From assembly GCA_900617105.1 (NCBI GenBank), contig UYFQ01000023.1:310001-374000 (forward strand): 64,000 nucleotides of DNA. Reading direction: 5' to 3'. Position 1 is the first letter of the stretch. The number at the start of each line of letters is the position of its first letter. A model generated the notes under the pieces. That model made no database searches. It saw only the letters and a list, made by a program, of their open reading frames with translations, and was not told the DNA's origin. Made by a program: the position numbers and the translations under genes. Source of the stretch: Hydrurus foetidus (Eukaryota). Positions 12,473 through 24,058 of this stretch are shown piece after piece.

Positions 12473-12960
12473 GCGGCATCCTTTGCAGCACGCAGACCGT
12501 CAATCAACTGGTCTAATTTTTCGTTGGTCATGAAGCTGCACATGGTGCGGTCGTTCACCAGCATCACAGGTGAATCGGCGCAAGCGCCCAAGCATTCACT
12601 TTGTTGCAAAGTAAACAAACCATCTTTGGTGGTTTCACCCATGTGAACACCTAACTTGTGGCACAGATGCTCCAAGGCTTTTTGACCATCGCGCAACTGG
12701 CACGGTAAATTGGTACACACGTTCAACTTGTACTTGCCCAAAGGTTTTTGGTTGTACATGTTGTAGAACGTCGTCACCTCATGCACAGCAATAGGTGCCA
12801 TACCGAGATAAGTTGCAATATCACGCTCGTCATCAAGACTTACATGCCCTTTTTCTTGCTGAACAATGGCCAAACAGGCCATAACAGCGGACTGTGCTTG
12901 GTCAGCAGGATATTTCGCAACTTCTTTAGCAAAGCGCTGCTGGGTAGTTTCTGGAATCAT
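12469..12960 (-). CDS. nuoE: NADH-quinone oxidoreductase subunit E
   Basis: CTNLPC and CLGAC 2Fe-2S ligands. Confidence 0.96.
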   Translation of the reverse strand: MIPETTQQRFAKEVAKYPADQAQSAVMACLAIVQQEKGHVSLDDERDIATYLGMAPIAVHEVTTFYNMYNQKPLGKYKLNVCTNLPCQLRDGQKALEHLCHKLGVHMGETTKDGLFTLQQSECLGACADSPVMLVNDRTMCSFMTNEKLDQLIDGLRAAKDAA

Positions 12961-12971
12961 TGTTGAATGTC

Positions 12972-14225
12972 CTACCTGTCAATTTCGCCGAACACAATGT
13001 CCATGGTGCCAATGATGGCCACCGCGTCAGCAATCATGTGACCACGGCCCATCTCATCCAGCGCAGCCAAATGGGCAAAGCCTGGGGCGCGAATTTTCAG
13101 GCGATACGGTTTGTTGGCACCATCACTCACCATGTAGATGCCAAACTCTCCCTTGGGATGCTCGACCGCCGCGTAAGCTTCACCTTCAGGAATATGGAAA
13201 CCTTCCGTGAACAGCTTGAAGTGGTGAATCAGCTCTTCCATGTTGGACTTCATGCCTTCACGCGAAGGTGCAGCCACTTTGTGGTTGTCCGTAATTACAG
13301 GGCCAGGGTTGACACGCAACCAATCCACGCACTGTTTGATGATGCGGTTAGATTGCTTCATCTCTTCCATGCGAACGAGATAGCGGTCAAAGCAGTCTCC
13401 TGTCTTGCCAACAGGAATGTCGAAATCCATCTTGTCGTACACATCATAGGGCTGCTGCTTGCGCAAATCCCACGCGAAGCCAGAACCTCGGAGCATTGCA
13501 CCGGTGAAACCCATGTTCAACGCACGCTCGGGCGACACAACACCAATACCAACCGTACGTTGTTTCCAAATTCTGTTGTCAGTTAACAGAGTGTGGTATT
13601 CGTCCAAGCACTGGGGAAAGCGCTGCGTGAAATCATCAATGAAATCAAGCAAAGAACCTTGGCGGTTTTCATTGAGCTTGGCGAGCGCTTTTGCATTTTT
13701 GATTTTGCTGACTTTATACTGCGGCATGGTGTCCGGCAGATCGCGGTAAACGCCACCTGGACGGAAATACGCCGCATGCATACGCGCACCCGAAACTGCT
13801 TCGTAGATGTCAAACAAGTCTTCACGCTCGCGGAAGGCGTACAACATGATCGCCATAGCGCCGCAATCCAAACCGTGCGCCCCTACCCACAACAGGTGGT
13901 TGAGCAAACGGGTAATTTCGGCAAACATCACACGGATGTACTGCGCACGCAAAGGCACCTCAATGCCCATCATTTTTTCAATGGCGAGACAGTAAGCGTG
14001 CTCATTGCACATCATGGACACATAGTCCAACCTGTCCATATAGGGCAGCGATTGAATATAGGTTTTGCTCTCAGCCAACTTCTCAGTGGCACGGTGCAGC
14101 AGCCCGATATGAGGATCTGCACGTTGAATCACTTCGCCGTCTAACTCCAGCACCAGACGCAGCACACCGTGCGCGGCCGGGTGCTGTGGTCCAAAATTCA
14201 AGGTGTAATTTTTTATCTCAGCCAT
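12972..14225 (-). CDS. nuoD: NADH-quinone oxidoreductase subunit D
   Basis: [15 protein letters not shown] motif and [10 protein letters not shown]-terminus; start set at MAEIKN. Confidence 0.97.
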   Translation of the reverse strand: MAEIKNYTLNFGPQHPAAHGVLRLVLELDGEVIQRADPHIGLLHRATEKLAESKTYIQSLPYMDRLDYVSMMCNEHAYCLAIEKMMGIEVPLRAQYIRVMFAEITRLLNHLLWVGAHGLDCGAMAIMLYAFREREDLFDIYEAVSGARMHAAYFRPGGVYRDLPDTMPQYKVSKIKNAKALAKLNENRQGSLLDFIDDFTQRFPQCLDEYHTLLTDNRIWKQRTVGIGVVSPERALNMGFTGAMLRGSGFAWDLRKQQPYDVYDKMDFDIPVGKTGDCFDRYLVRMEEMKQSNRIIKQCVDWLRVNPGPVITDNHKVAAPSREGMKSNMEELIHHFKLFTEGFHIPEGEAYAAVEHPKGEFGIYMVSDGANKPYRLKIRAPGFAHLAALDEMGRGHMIADAVAIIGTMDIVFGEIDR

Positions 14226-14239
14226 AGAGCACATACTGC

Positions 14240-14848
14240 TTAATGCAGACCTCCATACTTATCTTCACGGATGATGCGAGGTGTAATTTCGCGCGGCTCA
14301 ATACTGACCGGCTGATACACAACACGTTTTTGCACCGCGTCATAGCGCATTTCGACGTGACCTGAAGTAGGGAAATCCTTGCGGAATGGATGGCCTATAA
14401 AACCGTAGTCGGTCAGAATGCGACGCAGGTCATCATGGCCATCAAAGACGATACCAAACAAATCAAAAGCTTCGCGCTCAAACCAATTCGCGGCACTCCA
14501 TACCTGGGTTAACGAGGACAACACGGGCATACCATCATCGCTTGCAAAAACCTTCACGCGAACACGTTGATTCAGAGAAACAGACAGTAAATGCACCGCA
14601 ACAGCAAAGCGTTCACCCTCCCAAATACCCATTTTGTATTCGGAATAGTCCAGACCACACAAATCAATCAGTTGTTCAAACTGGCAACCAGGCGCATCGC
14701 GCAAAACCAAAGCAGCTGCCGCGTAATCAACAGCAGAAACAATGACCGTCACCTCGTCCAATGCAACACTGATGCGCTTAGCTTTGTCACCCAAGGCAGC
14801 AGCGATAGTGTCTTTCAGCGTTTCAGCATGTACAGCAACAGCGGTCAT
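14240..14848 (-). CDS. nuoC: NADH-quinone oxidoreductase subunit C
   Basis: [14 protein letters not shown] and HPFRKDFP motifs. Confidence 0.96.
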   Translation of the reverse strand: MTAVAVHAETLKDTIAAALGDKAKRISVALDEVTVIVSAVDYAAAALVLRDAPGCQFEQLIDLCGLDYSEYKMGIWEGERFAVAVHLLSVSLNQRVRVKVFASDDGMPVLSSLTQVWSAANWFEREAFDLFGIVFDGHDDLRRILTDYGFIGHPFRKDFPTSGHVEMRYDAVQKRVVYQPVSIEPREITPRIIREDKYGGLH

Positions 14849-14883
14849 CGGTTCTCTTTCTCAGAATTTGCTTTGAATTCGAC

Positions 14884-15363
14884 TCAAACACGCGCAATGG
14901 TGTTGGTGCGGCGAATTTTTTGCTGCAATTGAATAATGCCGTAAAGCAACGCTTCAGCGGTTGGTGGACAACCAGGCACATACACATCAACGGGGACTAT
15001 ACGATCGCAACCCCGCACAACAGAATAGCTGTAGTGGTAATAGCCTCCACCATTGGCGCACGACCCCATGGACAGCACCCAGCGTGGCTCCGTCATTTGG
15101 TCATATACCTTGCGCAGAGCAGGTGCCATTTTGTTGCACAAGGTACCCGCCACAATCATCAAATCAGATTGACGCGGACTAGGTCGAAACACGATACCAA
15201 AACGGTCTAAATCGTAACGCGCGGTACCGGCGTGCATCATCTCGACAGCACAACAGGCCAAGCCAAATGTCATCGGCCATAACGAACCAGTTTTAGCCCA
15301 GTTTGCGACGGAATCGTAAGTTGTGGTGATGAAACCTTCATTGAAAACGCCTTCAATTGCCAT
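14884..15363 (-). CDS. nuoB: NADH-quinone oxidoreductase subunit B
   Basis: [10 protein letters not shown] and YVPGCPP motifs. Confidence 0.97.
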   Translation of the reverse strand: MAIEGVFNEGFITTTYDSVANWAKTGSLWPMTFGLACCAVEMMHAGTARYDLDRFGIVFRPSPRQSDLMIVAGTLCNKMAPALRKVYDQMTEPRWVLSMGSCANGGGYYHYSYSVVRGCDRIVPVDVYVPGCPPTAEALLYGIIQLQQKIRRTNTIARV

Positions 15364-15402
15364 AGCGTCAGCACTCCAAAAACAAAAGGGTATTCATGAG
15401 GA

Positions 15403-15765
15403 CTACTCCCAATCTAGAGCACCTTTTTTCCACATGTAAACGAAACCCAAAACGAGAATCGAGAGGAAAACAATGACCTCCCAAAAACCAACGATACCAA
15501 GGTCTTTGAGCGCAACAGCCCAAGGCACAAGAAACGCAATTTCCAGGTCAAAAAGGATAAACAAGATGGCTACGAGGTAGTAGCGCACATCAAACTTCAT
15601 GCGAGCGTCTTCAAACGCTTCAAAACCGCATTCATAGGGGGAATTCTTAGCGGCATCTGGGCGATTAGGGCCTAGCAGATAGCCAAGCACTTGAGGCACA
15701 ACACCGACACCGATGCCAACCAAGATGAACAGTAGAACGGGCAGATATTGATCGAGATTCATCAT
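15403..15765 (-). CDS. nuoA: NADH-quinone oxidoreductase subunit A
   Basis: PYECGF, FDLE and KKGALDWE motifs. Confidence 0.96.
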   Translation of the reverse strand: MMNLDQYLPVLLFILVGIGVGVVPQVLGYLLGPNRPDAAKNSPYECGFEAFEDARMKFDVRYYLVAILFILFDLEIAFLVPWAVALKDLGIVGFWEVIVFLSILVLGFVYMWKKGALDWE

Positions 15766-15832
15766 GTGGTTCTGGGTCTTATCTACCGCTAGGTGCCATC
15801 CCTGAGAAACACCAGGGTAGCCCTTTATTGTT

Positions 15833-15917
15833 TGGTGCCGTCGGCGAGACTCGAACTCGCAAAGCTTTCGCCACTACCACCTCAAGATAGCGTGTCTACC
15901 AATTTCACCACGACGGC
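15833..15917 (-). tRNA. tRNA-Leu (anticodon GAG)
   Basis: Reverse complement GCCGTCGTGGTGAAATTGGTAGACACGCTATCTTGAGGTGGTAGTGGCGAAAGCTTTGCGAGTTCGAGTCTCGCCGACGGCACCA is an 85-nt cloverleaf with a long variable arm, TTCGA loop and CCA end. The secG-tRNA-Leu-nuoA order is typical. Confidence 0.96.
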
Positions 15918-16043
15918 TGTTTATGTCTGAATGCTGGCTCACCCGAAGGCTTGCTTGCTACCCAGACAGCACAAGAGTTTACCCTGAAATTCACTGCTTT
16001 TCGCTCACGCGACAGCTAATTCACGGCCTCTCTTGCCTTGTCT

Positions 16044-16478
16044 TTACTTGTTAGGAATCTGAGCTGCACCAGAAGCTGCAGGCTTGGGCACTTCAGCCTT
16101 AGGAGCTACCGCAGAAGCGGTCGTTGCGGGCGCAGTACCGCTAGGGATTTGTGCTGCAACACCAGAGGCAACAGGCACAGGTGCGGGCGCTGTCACCGCA
16201 GCACGGTCTAACACACTGCTGGAGCCACTGCCATCAGCACGCAAGTTGCTGAAATAGGCCAAAGCCAGCGTACAGACAAAGAAAACACCTGCCAGCACCG
16301 AGGTGGTACGAGACAAGAAATTAGCACTGCCACTGGCCCCGAACAAACTGCCAGAACCGCCACTGCCAAAAGCAGCACCCATGTCTGCACCTTTGCCGTG
16401 CTGAACCAAAATCAAACCAATCATGCCCAGTGCCGATAACATTTGCACGGTCAAAATCAAGGTAACAACAACACTCAT
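16044..16478 (-). CDS. secG: Preprotein translocase subunit SecG
   Basis: LVQHGKGADMGAAFGSG motif; downstream of tpiA. Confidence 0.95.
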   Translation of the reverse strand: MSVVVTLILTVQMLSALGMIGLILVQHGKGADMGAAFGSGGSGSLFGASGSANFLSRTTSVLAGVFFVCTLALAYFSNLRADGSGSSSVLDRAAVTAPAPVPVASGVAAQIPSGTAPATTASAVAPKAEVPKPAASGAAQIPNK

Positions 16479-16515
16479 TCAATACTCCTAAATTTATAGC
16501 AATCTCTGCACGTAT

Positions 16516-17259
16516 TTAAACGACTGAGGCAATGATGGACAGAAAATCTGCGGCTTTCAACGATGCACCACCAATCAAACCACCGTCAATATCAGGCTGG
16601 CTCAGCAACTCTTTGGCATTCATGGCATTCATGCTGCCACCGTAAAGAATCTTGATGCGTCCTGCTTTCTCACTGGCGGCTTTCAATTGCGCACGCAACA
16701 CGGCATGAACCTGCTGCGCCTGCTCAGGGCTGGCTGTTTTACCGGTGCCAATCGCCCACACGGGCTCGTAAGCAACCACAATTTCGCTGATGCAATGGCC
16801 ATTGCTGTGAATGACGGCTGCGAGTTGGCGTTTAACCACCTCTTCCGTCTTGCCCGCTTCACGCTCAGCCAAAGATTCGCCCACACAGACAATCGGCGTG
16901 ATGCCGCTGGCCAATGCGCGTTGGGCTTTGGCTGCCACCACCCCATCGGTTTCACCGTGGTACTGGCGACGCTCTGAATGACCCACGATGGCATAGCGCA
17001 CGCCGAACTCCTTCAGCATGGCAGCAGACTGCTCACCTGTGAACGCACCAGCTTCATGCTCAGAAACGTCTTGCGCTCCCAAATCAATAACTGAGTCAGT
17101 ACACAAAGCTTGCACCTGCGCCAAATAAGGCGCAGGAACACACACAGCAATAGCGCAAGCTGGTTGGCCCACCCCAGCCAGCAAAGCGTTCAACAGCGCC
17201 TCATTCGCTGCTTTGCCACCGTTCATCTTCCAATTGCCTGCAATCAATTTTTTACTCAT
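16516..17259 (-). CDS. tpiA: Triosephosphate isomerase
   Basis: [24 protein letters not shown] and YGGS motifs; start set at MSKKLI (17259), overlapping the upstream stop. Confidence 0.97.
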   Translation of the reverse strand: MSKKLIAGNWKMNGGKAANEALLNALLAGVGQPACAIAVCVPAPYLAQVQALCTDSVIDLGAQDVSEHEAGAFTGEQSAAMLKEFGVRYAIVGHSERRQYHGETDGVVAAKAQRALASGITPIVCVGESLAEREAGKTEEVVKRQLAAVIHSNGHCISEIVVAYEPVWAIGTGKTASPEQAQQVHAVLRAQLKAASEKAGRIKILYGGSMNAMNAKELLSQPDIDGGLIGGASLKAADFLSIIASVV

Positions 17260-18275
17260 GATTTCAATGCCCAAGTCATCACAATTTTCCCGACATGCTG
17301 GTTGGATTCCATCAGCGTGTGCGCTTGACAAGCACCATCCGCATCGCCTGCGGCGAACACACTGTGCAGCACCGGTTTGAGCTTCCCTGCAGCGAACAAA
17401 GGCCACACCGACTGGCGCAACGCTTTGGCGATAGCGGTCTTGAAAGCCACCGGACGCGCACGCAGCGTAGACCCTGTGATCGTCAAACGACGGCGCAACA
17501 CCAAGCCCGCGTTCATCTCGCTTTTGATGCCGCCTTGCACAGCGATGATGACCAAACGGCCATCTTCCGCCAAGCACTCCACTTCACGGGCCACGTAACT
17601 GCCAGCCACCATGTCCAAAATCACATCGACACCCACACCGTCAGTCAATCGCTTGACCTCCGCTGCAAAGTCGGTGGTTTTGTAATTGATGGCATGGTCA
17701 GCACCCAGAGCAAGGCAAGCCTTGCATTTTTCATCGGAACCTGCCGTCACGATCACCCGCGCACCGAAGGCTTTGGCGAGTTGAATGGCTGTGACACCAA
17801 TCCCGCTCGAACCCCCTTGGATAAGTAAGGTTTCACCTGACTGCAAACGTGCCCGGTCAAACACATTGCTCCATACAGTGAAGTACGTTTCAGGCAGCGC
17901 AGCAGCTTCAGCGTCGGTCAAACCGCCGCCGATCCATGTTGGCACAGGCAGACACTGACCGACAGGGGCGACGCACCACTCGGCATAGCCCCCACCCGCA
18001 ACCAAAGCGCAGACGCGGTCGCCTACAGCTAAACCCGCCTCCGCCATCGCAGCCGCATCACCGGATTCGATGACGCCTGCAATTTCCAGCCCTGGAATAT
18101 CCGAGGCTCCGGGTGGTACCGGGTAGTTACCAGTGCGTTGCAACACGTCAGGGCGATTAACACCACTGGCGCTGACACGCACCAATACTTCACCGACACC
18201 CGCCACAGGGACGGGTCGCTCTGCGATGCGCAACACATCAGGCGCACCGTAGCTGCTGATTTCAATGGCTTTCAT
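17256..18275 (-). CDS. NAD(P)H-quinone oxidoreductase, PIG3/zeta-crystallin family
   Basis: [13 protein letters not shown] and GGSSGIG motifs of the MDR family. Confidence 0.9.
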   Translation of the reverse strand: MKAIEISSYGAPDVLRIAERPVPVAGVGEVLVRVSASGVNRPDVLQRTGNYPVPPGASDIPGLEIAGVIESGDAAAMAEAGLAVGDRVCALVAGGGYAEWCVAPVGQCLPVPTWIGGGLTDAEAAALPETYFTVWSNVFDRARLQSGETLLIQGGSSGIGVTAIQLAKAFGARVIVTAGSDEKCKACLALGADHAINYKTTDFAAEVKRLTDGVGVDVILDMVAGSYVAREVECLAEDGRLVIIAVQGGIKSEMNAGLVLRRRLTITGSTLRARPVAFKTAIAKALRQSVWPLFAAGKLKPVLHSVFAAGDADGACQAHTLMESNQHVGKIVMTWALKS

Positions 18276-18318
18276 CGGCGACTCGCAGGTAGAGAAAGAG
18301 AAAACAGACAGGCCGCGA

Positions 18319-20433
18319 TTACGACTGCTGAGGCATGGATTCGCGGTCGATCAGCGCCTTCATGGACAGCTTGACACGACCCTTTTCGTCCGTTTCCATC
18401 ACTTTGACTTTGACGATTTGACCTTCGCTCAAGAAGTCGGTAACGCGCTCCACACGCTGGTGCGCGATCTGGCTGATGTGCAACAAACCATCTTTGCCAG
18501 GCAGCAAGTTGATGAGTGCGCCGAAGTCCAAAATTTTGACCACGGGGCCTTCGTAAATCTTGCCGATCTCGACTTCCGCCGTGATTTGCTCGATACGCTT
18601 CTTGGCGATTTCAGCCTTCTCAGGATCGGACGATGCGATGGTGATGGTGCCGTCTTCGCCGATGTTGATCTGCGTGCCGGTTTCTTCGGTCAGCGCACGG
18701 ATGACGGAGCCGCCCTTGCCGATCACGTCACGGATTTTTTCGGGGTTGATCTTCATCGTGAACAAGCGAGGCGCGAAGTTTGACACCTCAACCTTGGCTT
18801 CGCCCATCGCCTCTTGCATCTTGCCCAAAATGTGCATACGGGCTTCTTTGGCTTGCGCCAGGGCCACTTGCATGATTTCTTTGGTGATGCCTTGGATTTT
18901 GATGTCCATTTGCAGTGCGGTAATACCGTTGGTCGTACCCGCAACCTTGAAATCCATGTCGCCCAAATGATCTTCGTCGCCCAAGATGTCGGTCAACACC
19001 GCAAAGCGGTTGGCATCCTTGATGAGGCCCATAGCGATACCGGCCACATGGGCTTTCATGGGCACGCCAGCGTCCATCAACGACAGGCAACCGCCGCAGA
19101 CCGAAGCCATCGACGAGGAGCCATTGGACTCGGTGATTTCAGACACCACACGCATGGTGTACGGGAATTCTTCTTTGGTAGGCAGCACAGCGGCCAAAGC
19201 ACGCTTGGCCAAACGGCCATGACCGATTTCACGGCGCTTGGTCGAACCCATGCGGCCCACTTCACCGGTGGCGAACGGAGGCATGTTGTAGTGCAGCATA
19301 AAGCGGTCTTCGTACTCACCGGCCAAAGCGTCGATGCGCTGGGCATCGCGCTCGGTGCCGAGGGTGGTCACGACCAAAGCTTGCGTTTCACCGCGTGTGA
19401 ACAGCGCTGAGCCGTGGGTGCGGGGCAGCACGCCATTGCGGATTTCGATGGGGCGCACAGTGCGCGTATCGCGGCCATCAATGCGAGGCTCGCCTGCCAA
19501 AATTTGGCTGCGCACAATTTTCGCTTCGATGTCGAACAGCATGCCTTCGACTTTGACCGAATCCACAGGAGCACCTTCGGCCTTAAGAGCCGTCATCACG
19601 CCAGCCGTCGCTTCGCGCAGGGCTTGGGTACGGGCTTGTTTGTTGCGCAGCTGGTAGGCAGCACGCAGTTTTTCTTCAGCCAAAGCGCCGACTTTGGCGA
19701 TCAAAGCGTCGTCCTTGGCGGGTGCTTGCCAATCCCACACGGGCTTGCCAGCGTCACGCACCAAATCATGGATCGCTTGGATAGCAACATTGCCTTGCTG
19801 ATGACCGAACACCACCGCGCCGAGCATGATTTCTTCGCTCAGCTGCTTGGCTTCAGATTCCACCATCAACACAGCGGCTTCAGTACCTGCAACGACCAAA
19901 TCCATCAGCGAATTTTTGCGGGCAGTTTGACCAGGGTTCAACACATATTCGCCGTTGATGTAACCCACGCGGGCTGCACCAATGGGGGTGGTGAACGGAA
20001 TGCCTGACACTGCCAAAGCAGCGCTGGTCGCGATCAACGCTGCAATATCAGCGTCTACTTCAGGATTCAACGACAACGTGTGGATGACCACATGCACTTC
20101 ATTGAAGAAACCTTCAGGGAACAGCGGACGGATGGGGCGGTCGATCAAACGGCTGGTCAGCGTTTCATGCTCGCTGGGCTTGGCTTCGCGCTTGAAAAAG
20201 CTGCCAGGGATCTTGCCAGCTGCGTACGTTTTTTCGATGTAATCCACCGTCAAGGGGAAGAAATCTTGGCCGGGCTTAGCGCCTTTGGAGGCCACTACCG
20301 TCGCCAACACCACGGTGTCGTCGATGTTCACAAGCACAGCACCGCTGGCTTGGCGGGCGATTTCGCCGGTTTCCATGATGACGGTCTTATCGCCCCATTG
20401 GAAGGTTTTGGTCACTTTATTGAAAATGCTCAT
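18319..20433 (-). CDS. pnp: Polyribonucleotide nucleotidyltransferase (PNPase)
   Basis: [15 protein letters not shown] and GDMDFKVAG motifs; C-terminal KH and S1 domains. Confidence 0.98.
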   Translation of the reverse strand: MSIFNKVTKTFQWGDKTVIMETGEIARQASGAVLVNIDDTVVLATVVASKGAKPGQDFFPLTVDYIEKTYAAGKIPGSFFKREAKPSEHETLTSRLIDRPIRPLFPEGFFNEVHVVIHTLSLNPEVDADIAALIATSAALAVSGIPFTTPIGAARVGYINGEYVLNPGQTARKNSLMDLVVAGTEAAVLMVESEAKQLSEEIMLGAVVFGHQQGNVAIQAIHDLVRDAGKPVWDWQAPAKDDALIAKVGALAEEKLRAAYQLRNKQARTQALREATAGVMTALKAEGAPVDSVKVEGMLFDIEAKIVRSQILAGEPRIDGRDTRTVRPIEIRNGVLPRTHGSALFTRGETQALVVTTLGTERDAQRIDALAGEYEDRFMLHYNMPPFATGEVGRMGSTKRREIGHGRLAKRALAAVLPTKEEFPYTMRVVSEITESNGSSSMASVCGGCLSLMDAGVPMKAHVAGIAMGLIKDANRFAVLTDILGDEDHLGDMDFKVAGTTNGITALQMDIKIQGITKEIMQVALAQAKEARMHILGKMQEAMGEAKVEVSNFAPRLFTMKINPEKIRDVIGKGGSVIRALTEETGTQINIGEDGTITIASSDPEKAEIAKKRIEQITAEVEIGKIYEGPVVKILDFGALINLLPGKDGLLHISQIAHQRVERVTDFLSEGQIVKVKVMETDEKGRVKLSMKALIDRESMPQQS

Positions 20434-20519
20434 GGTGTTATTTCCAGGTTAACTTGAGGATAAACAGCGCAACAACTGCGCTGGAGAGGCCCAAAGCATT
20501 GGCATTCAGAACACGATGC

Positions 20520-20560
20520 CATTCCAAAAAAACCTAAAGAACTTTGATTTTTTTGGAATG
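20520..20560 (-). promoter_or_regulatory. Long hairpin in the pnp 5' leader (candidate RNase III autoregulatory stem)
   Basis: Perfect 13-bp inverted repeat CATTCCAAAAAAA / TTTTTTTGGAATG between the rpsO terminator and pnp. Confidence 0.5.
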
Positions 20561-20625
20561 ACACAGCGCGCATTCATACCGCCAGACTTTAGGGTATCAG
20601 CGTAAATTCGCTGATTTCAACGCAC

Positions 20626-20658
20626 AAAACGCCTGAGCTAGCGAACCAACTCAGGCGT
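20626..20658 (-). terminator. Intrinsic terminator after rpsO
   Basis: ACGCCTGAG...CTCAGGCGT stem followed by a short T run on the minus strand, about 20 nt after the rpsO stop. Confidence 0.7.
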
Positions 20659-20677
20659 CTTGTGTGGCATTCAATGC

Positions 20678-20944
20678 TTACTTGCGCAGGCCAAGCTTAG
20701 CGATCAATGCGGTGTAACGCGAAGCGTCTTTGGACTTCAAGTAATCCAACAGCTTACGGCGACGGCTCACCATGCGCAACAGACCACGGCGACCATGGTG
20801 GTCTTTGGCGTGGGTCTTGAAGTGAGGGGTGAGTTCGTTGATGCGGGCCGTCAAAATGGCGACTTGAACTTCTGGGCTACCGGTGTCACCGGGCTTGCGT
20901 GCGTTGTCTTGAACGACAGCGGCTTTGATGCTGGATGCAATCAT
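20678..20944 (-). CDS. rpsO: 30S ribosomal protein S15
   Basis: [13 protein letters not shown] and KDHHGRRGL motifs. Confidence 0.98.
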   Translation of the reverse strand: MIASSIKAAVVQDNARKPGDTGSPEVQVAILTARINELTPHFKTHAKDHHGRRGLLRMVSRRRKLLDYLKSKDASRYTALIAKLGLRK

Positions 20945-21082
20945 TTTTTACTTCCTGTAAAGGGTGGACTTGCGGTGAACGCTGGAACTGCCTTCACCGT
21001 GTGCTTTGAACGGGGTGCTCCGTGTGCCATTGCGGTATGCAAAGCCTTGGAATTATAGCCCGGCGGTCACCGGTGCCGCAAT

Positions 21083-22252
21083 TCAGACTTTCAACCATGT
21101 TTTCAACCGCTCCACCCCCAGCCCCAAGCGAGACAAGTCTTTCGATGCAAAGCACCAGCGCAGCCAGCCTTCGGCTTCGGGGGCAAACGCATTGCCAGGA
21201 GCCAGTCCCAAACCAGCCTGCGTCACCAAGCGCTTGGCCGTGTTCAAGCTGTCGTTGAAACCTTCGAGTTTGAAAAATGCGTACATGCCGCCATCCGCTG
21301 AGGCCACCTGCACGCCGGGTACGACTTGCAGCAAGGGCACGAGCGTGTCGCGGCAGGCTTTGAGGTGGGCAACGACGCGGGGCGTGACTTCATCGGTACG
21401 CTGCAAGGCCACCACACCGGCCCGCTGCGTGAACACACTGGCGCAGGAGGTGTTGAACTCGATCAACTTGCCCATGTGGTGGGTCAGCGAGGGCGGCATC
21501 ACCAGCCAACCCAAACGCCAGCCGGTCATCAAAAAACTCTTGGAAAAGCTGTGAACGATGACCAAGCGGTCTTCTGGCACCGAAATATCCAGAAAACTGG
21601 GGGCGCAACCGTTGGTGCTGGGGGCGTAATACAGGCGCTCGTACACCTCATCGGCCAATATCCAGGTGCCGGTTTTGCGGCAGTGGTGCAGCAGGATTTC
21701 TTGCTCGGCACGGCTGATCGTCCAGCCGGTAGGGTTGTTCGGTGCATTCAGGATCAGCAGCTTGGTTTTGGGCGTGATGGCGGCCAGCAAAGCGTCCATG
21801 TCCAGCGCCCAACTTCCGCTGCGGAGGCCGCTGAGGACAGGCTTCAGCGCCACGGTACGCAGCTTCGCCCCCATGATGAGCGGCTGGGCCGTCAAGTTTG
21901 GCCAGACCGGGGTGACGGCCACCACCTCATCGCCCGCGTCAATCAGCGCTTGCATCGCCAGCATCAGGGCATTCACGCCACCCGACGTGATGGCCAAACG
22001 ATCTACATCCACAGGGCCGTGCAGCGCACTCATGTAGCTTGACACGGCCTCGCGCAGCTCAAGCATGCCGAGGTTATGCGAATAAAAGGTTTCACCTTGT
22101 TGAAGCGAATCAATCGCCGCTTGCCGAATGAAATCAGGCGTGACTTCATCGCTTTCGCCGAACCAAAAGGCCAGCACATCGCTTCTGCCCATGCCAGCGT
22201 TAGCGACTTCACGGATTTTCGATTCTTCGAGGTTTTGTACAGTTTGGCGCAT
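21083..22252 (-). CDS. PLP-dependent aminotransferase class I/II
   Basis: NAPNNPTG, DEVY and SFSKSFLMTGWRLG motifs. Confidence 0.92.
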   Translation of the reverse strand: MRQTVQNLEESKIREVANAGMGRSDVLAFWFGESDEVTPDFIRQAAIDSLQQGETFYSHNLGMLELREAVSSYMSALHGPVDVDRLAITSGGVNALMLAMQALIDAGDEVVAVTPVWPNLTAQPLIMGAKLRTVALKPVLSGLRSGSWALDMDALLAAITPKTKLLILNAPNNPTGWTISRAEQEILLHHCRKTGTWILADEVYERLYYAPSTNGCAPSFLDISVPEDRLVIVHSFSKSFLMTGWRLGWLVMPPSLTHHMGKLIEFNTSCASVFTQRAGVVALQRTDEVTPRVVAHLKACRDTLVPLLQVVPGVQVASADGGMYAFFKLEGFNDSLNTAKRLVTQAGLGLAPGNAFAPEAEGWLRWCFASKDLSRLGLGVERLKTWLKV

Positions 22253-22371
22253 GGTTTTGAGGTCAAGAGGTGAGGTTCAGTGGAAAAGTACCACAAGGTT
22301 AACGAGGCGTATGACTATCATATTTCCAGGCGTTGCCACAACGCCGTAAACCAACAACCCAGGGGATTTTC

Positions 22372-22638
22372 ATGACCACAAGCACACGCCGCTACACGCA
22401 TCTCAACGCTATCGCCCTCCTCGGCCTCGTCGCCACGTTGTGCATAGGTTTGCCCACCGATGCGCAGGCCAAAAAGCGTCGCGCCACCGACGAAACTGGG
22501 CAAACCAAGCCCCAGCGAGCCAGCAAAATCACATTCAACCCAGGCTCACAAGAGGGCGTACGTGACCGCGACCGCCGCCTCTCCCGCGAATGCAAAGGCA
22601 TGACCAACGCTGGTGCCTGCGCTGGGTACACCCGCTAA
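22372..22638 (+). CDS. Small hypothetical exported protein
   Basis: Signal-peptide-like N-terminus (RRY, hydrophobic run, AQA cleavage site), basic body and C-terminal ECKG..NAGAC.GY. AGGGG precedes the ATG at 22372. Confidence 0.65.
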   Translation: MTTSTRRYTHLNAIALLGLVATLCIGLPTDAQAKKRRATDETGQTKPQRASKITFNPGSQEGVRDRDRRLSRECKGMTNAGACAGYTR

Positions 22639-22674
22639 CTCAACCTCGACCTCGGTCGCACCCCCACAACCGAA

Positions 22675-23967
22675 TCACGCAGGCCGCACCATCTTGCAGC
22701 TGGTGGGCTGCTCAGCCTGCACTGCACTGATTTGCCTGATGACGCGAAAGCCGTAGCCCGAGCCTTCCACATCGAACTTCACGCCCGGCGTACCCACCCG
22801 CTCCATCACACCGACAACCAGTGGCTGCTGGAACTGGTGGTCCGCCCCTCTCATGGCACCTTTTTGACCATAAAAACTGACGTTACCGCTTTCCATATGA
22901 GCCCCAACAGCTATCAAATCAGTAGTTCCTGCTTTTTCTAAAGCCTGCACCAGCGCCTCCACCATCAACTGCATCCGCATGTGAACGTAATCGTCCGCAG
23001 GCTTGGGGAACCGCTGGCGAAAGGCTTGGTAAAAGGCTTCGCTTTGCGCTCCAGGCACATTGGGCAGCCAATCCGCCACGGCGATCACCCGGCCCACACC
23101 CGCCTCGCCAATCGCCGCCGGTGCGCCCAGCGCATTGCCGTAAAAGGTGTAGAACTTGCCCTCAAAACCAACCTCTTTCGCCGCCTTGACCAGCAGCGTC
23201 AAATCATTCCCCCAGTTGCCCGTGATGACCGCCTGAGCGCCACTGGCCTTGATCTTGGCAGCGTAGGGTAAAAAGTCTTTCACCCGACCCAGCGGATGCA
23301 GCTCATCGCCCACCACCTGCACGTCAGGGCGTTGTTTTGCCAATTGGCGTTTGGCTTCGCGCACCACGGCTTGACCAAAACTGTAATCCTGCCCAATCAG
23401 GTACGCGCTTTTGACGCTGTGGTCGTCCTTCAGCACCTCCATCAACGCCGCCATGCGCATGTCGGCATGGGCATCGAAACGAAAATGCCAAAAACTGCAT
23501 TTCTCGTTGGTCAGTGCAGGCTCTACCGCCGAGTAATTCAAAAACAGCACCCGCTTAGCGGGTTCACGCTCGTTGTGCTTGTTGATGGCGTCAATCAACA
23601 CGGCAGCGGTGGCAGACGAATTACCTTGCATCACAAACTGCGCCCCATCGTCGATGGCGGCACGCAGCGTGCTCAAAGCCTCTTCGTTTTGACCCTTGCT
23701 GTCATAGCGCACCAAACTCAGCAGACGCGGCCCACCAGCAGTACCGGGCAGCTTCACGCCACCGCGTGCATTGACCCGCTCCACAGCCCAAACCAGGTTG
23801 CGAAAAACAGCCTCGCCGGTGTTGGCAAACGGGCCACTCAAACCCTCAATCATGGCAATTTTGATGGGGCCTGTTTCAGCATGCACGGCACCACTGCCAA
23901 GGCCAAAAGTGAGCGCAGATAGCGCCGTAAAACTGGATTTCAAGACCACACGTCGCAACAAATTCAT
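22675..23967 (-). CDS. Branched-chain amino acid ABC-type substrate-binding protein (orphan)
   Basis: Twin-Arg-like signal (LLRRVVLK); LSGPFA, QDYSFG and ITGNWG motifs of the Leu-binding family. Start set at 23967. Confidence 0.85.
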   Translation of the reverse strand: MNLLRRVVLKSSFTALSALTFGLGSGAVHAETGPIKIAMIEGLSGPFANTGEAVFRNLVWAVERVNARGGVKLPGTAGGPRLLSLVRYDSKGQNEEALSTLRAAIDDGAQFVMQGNSSATAAVLIDAINKHNEREPAKRVLFLNYSAVEPALTNEKCSFWHFRFDAHADMRMAALMEVLKDDHSVKSAYLIGQDYSFGQAVVREAKRQLAKQRPDVQVVGDELHPLGRVKDFLPYAAKIKASGAQAVITGNWGNDLTLLVKAAKEVGFEGKFYTFYGNALGAPAAIGEAGVGRVIAVADWLPNVPGAQSEAFYQAFRQRFPKPADDYVHMRMQLMVEALVQALEKAGTTDLIAVGAHMESGNVSFYGQKGAMRGADHQFQQPLVVGVMERVGTPGVKFDVEGSGYGFRVIRQISAVQAEQPTSCKMVRPA

Positions 23968-24058
23968 ACAAATATTTCCTTGAAAATCAACGTGTTGCAC
24001 ACAGATTAGTTCTATGCAGCGCTCACGGTGAGGGCTGCGAAGTGTATAGGAGCTTTCC

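Noticed and set aside
15833..15917. tRNA-Leu as an island integration site
   Set aside because: No integrase and no duplicated tRNA 3' end were seen; secG-tRNA-nuoA synteny is intact.
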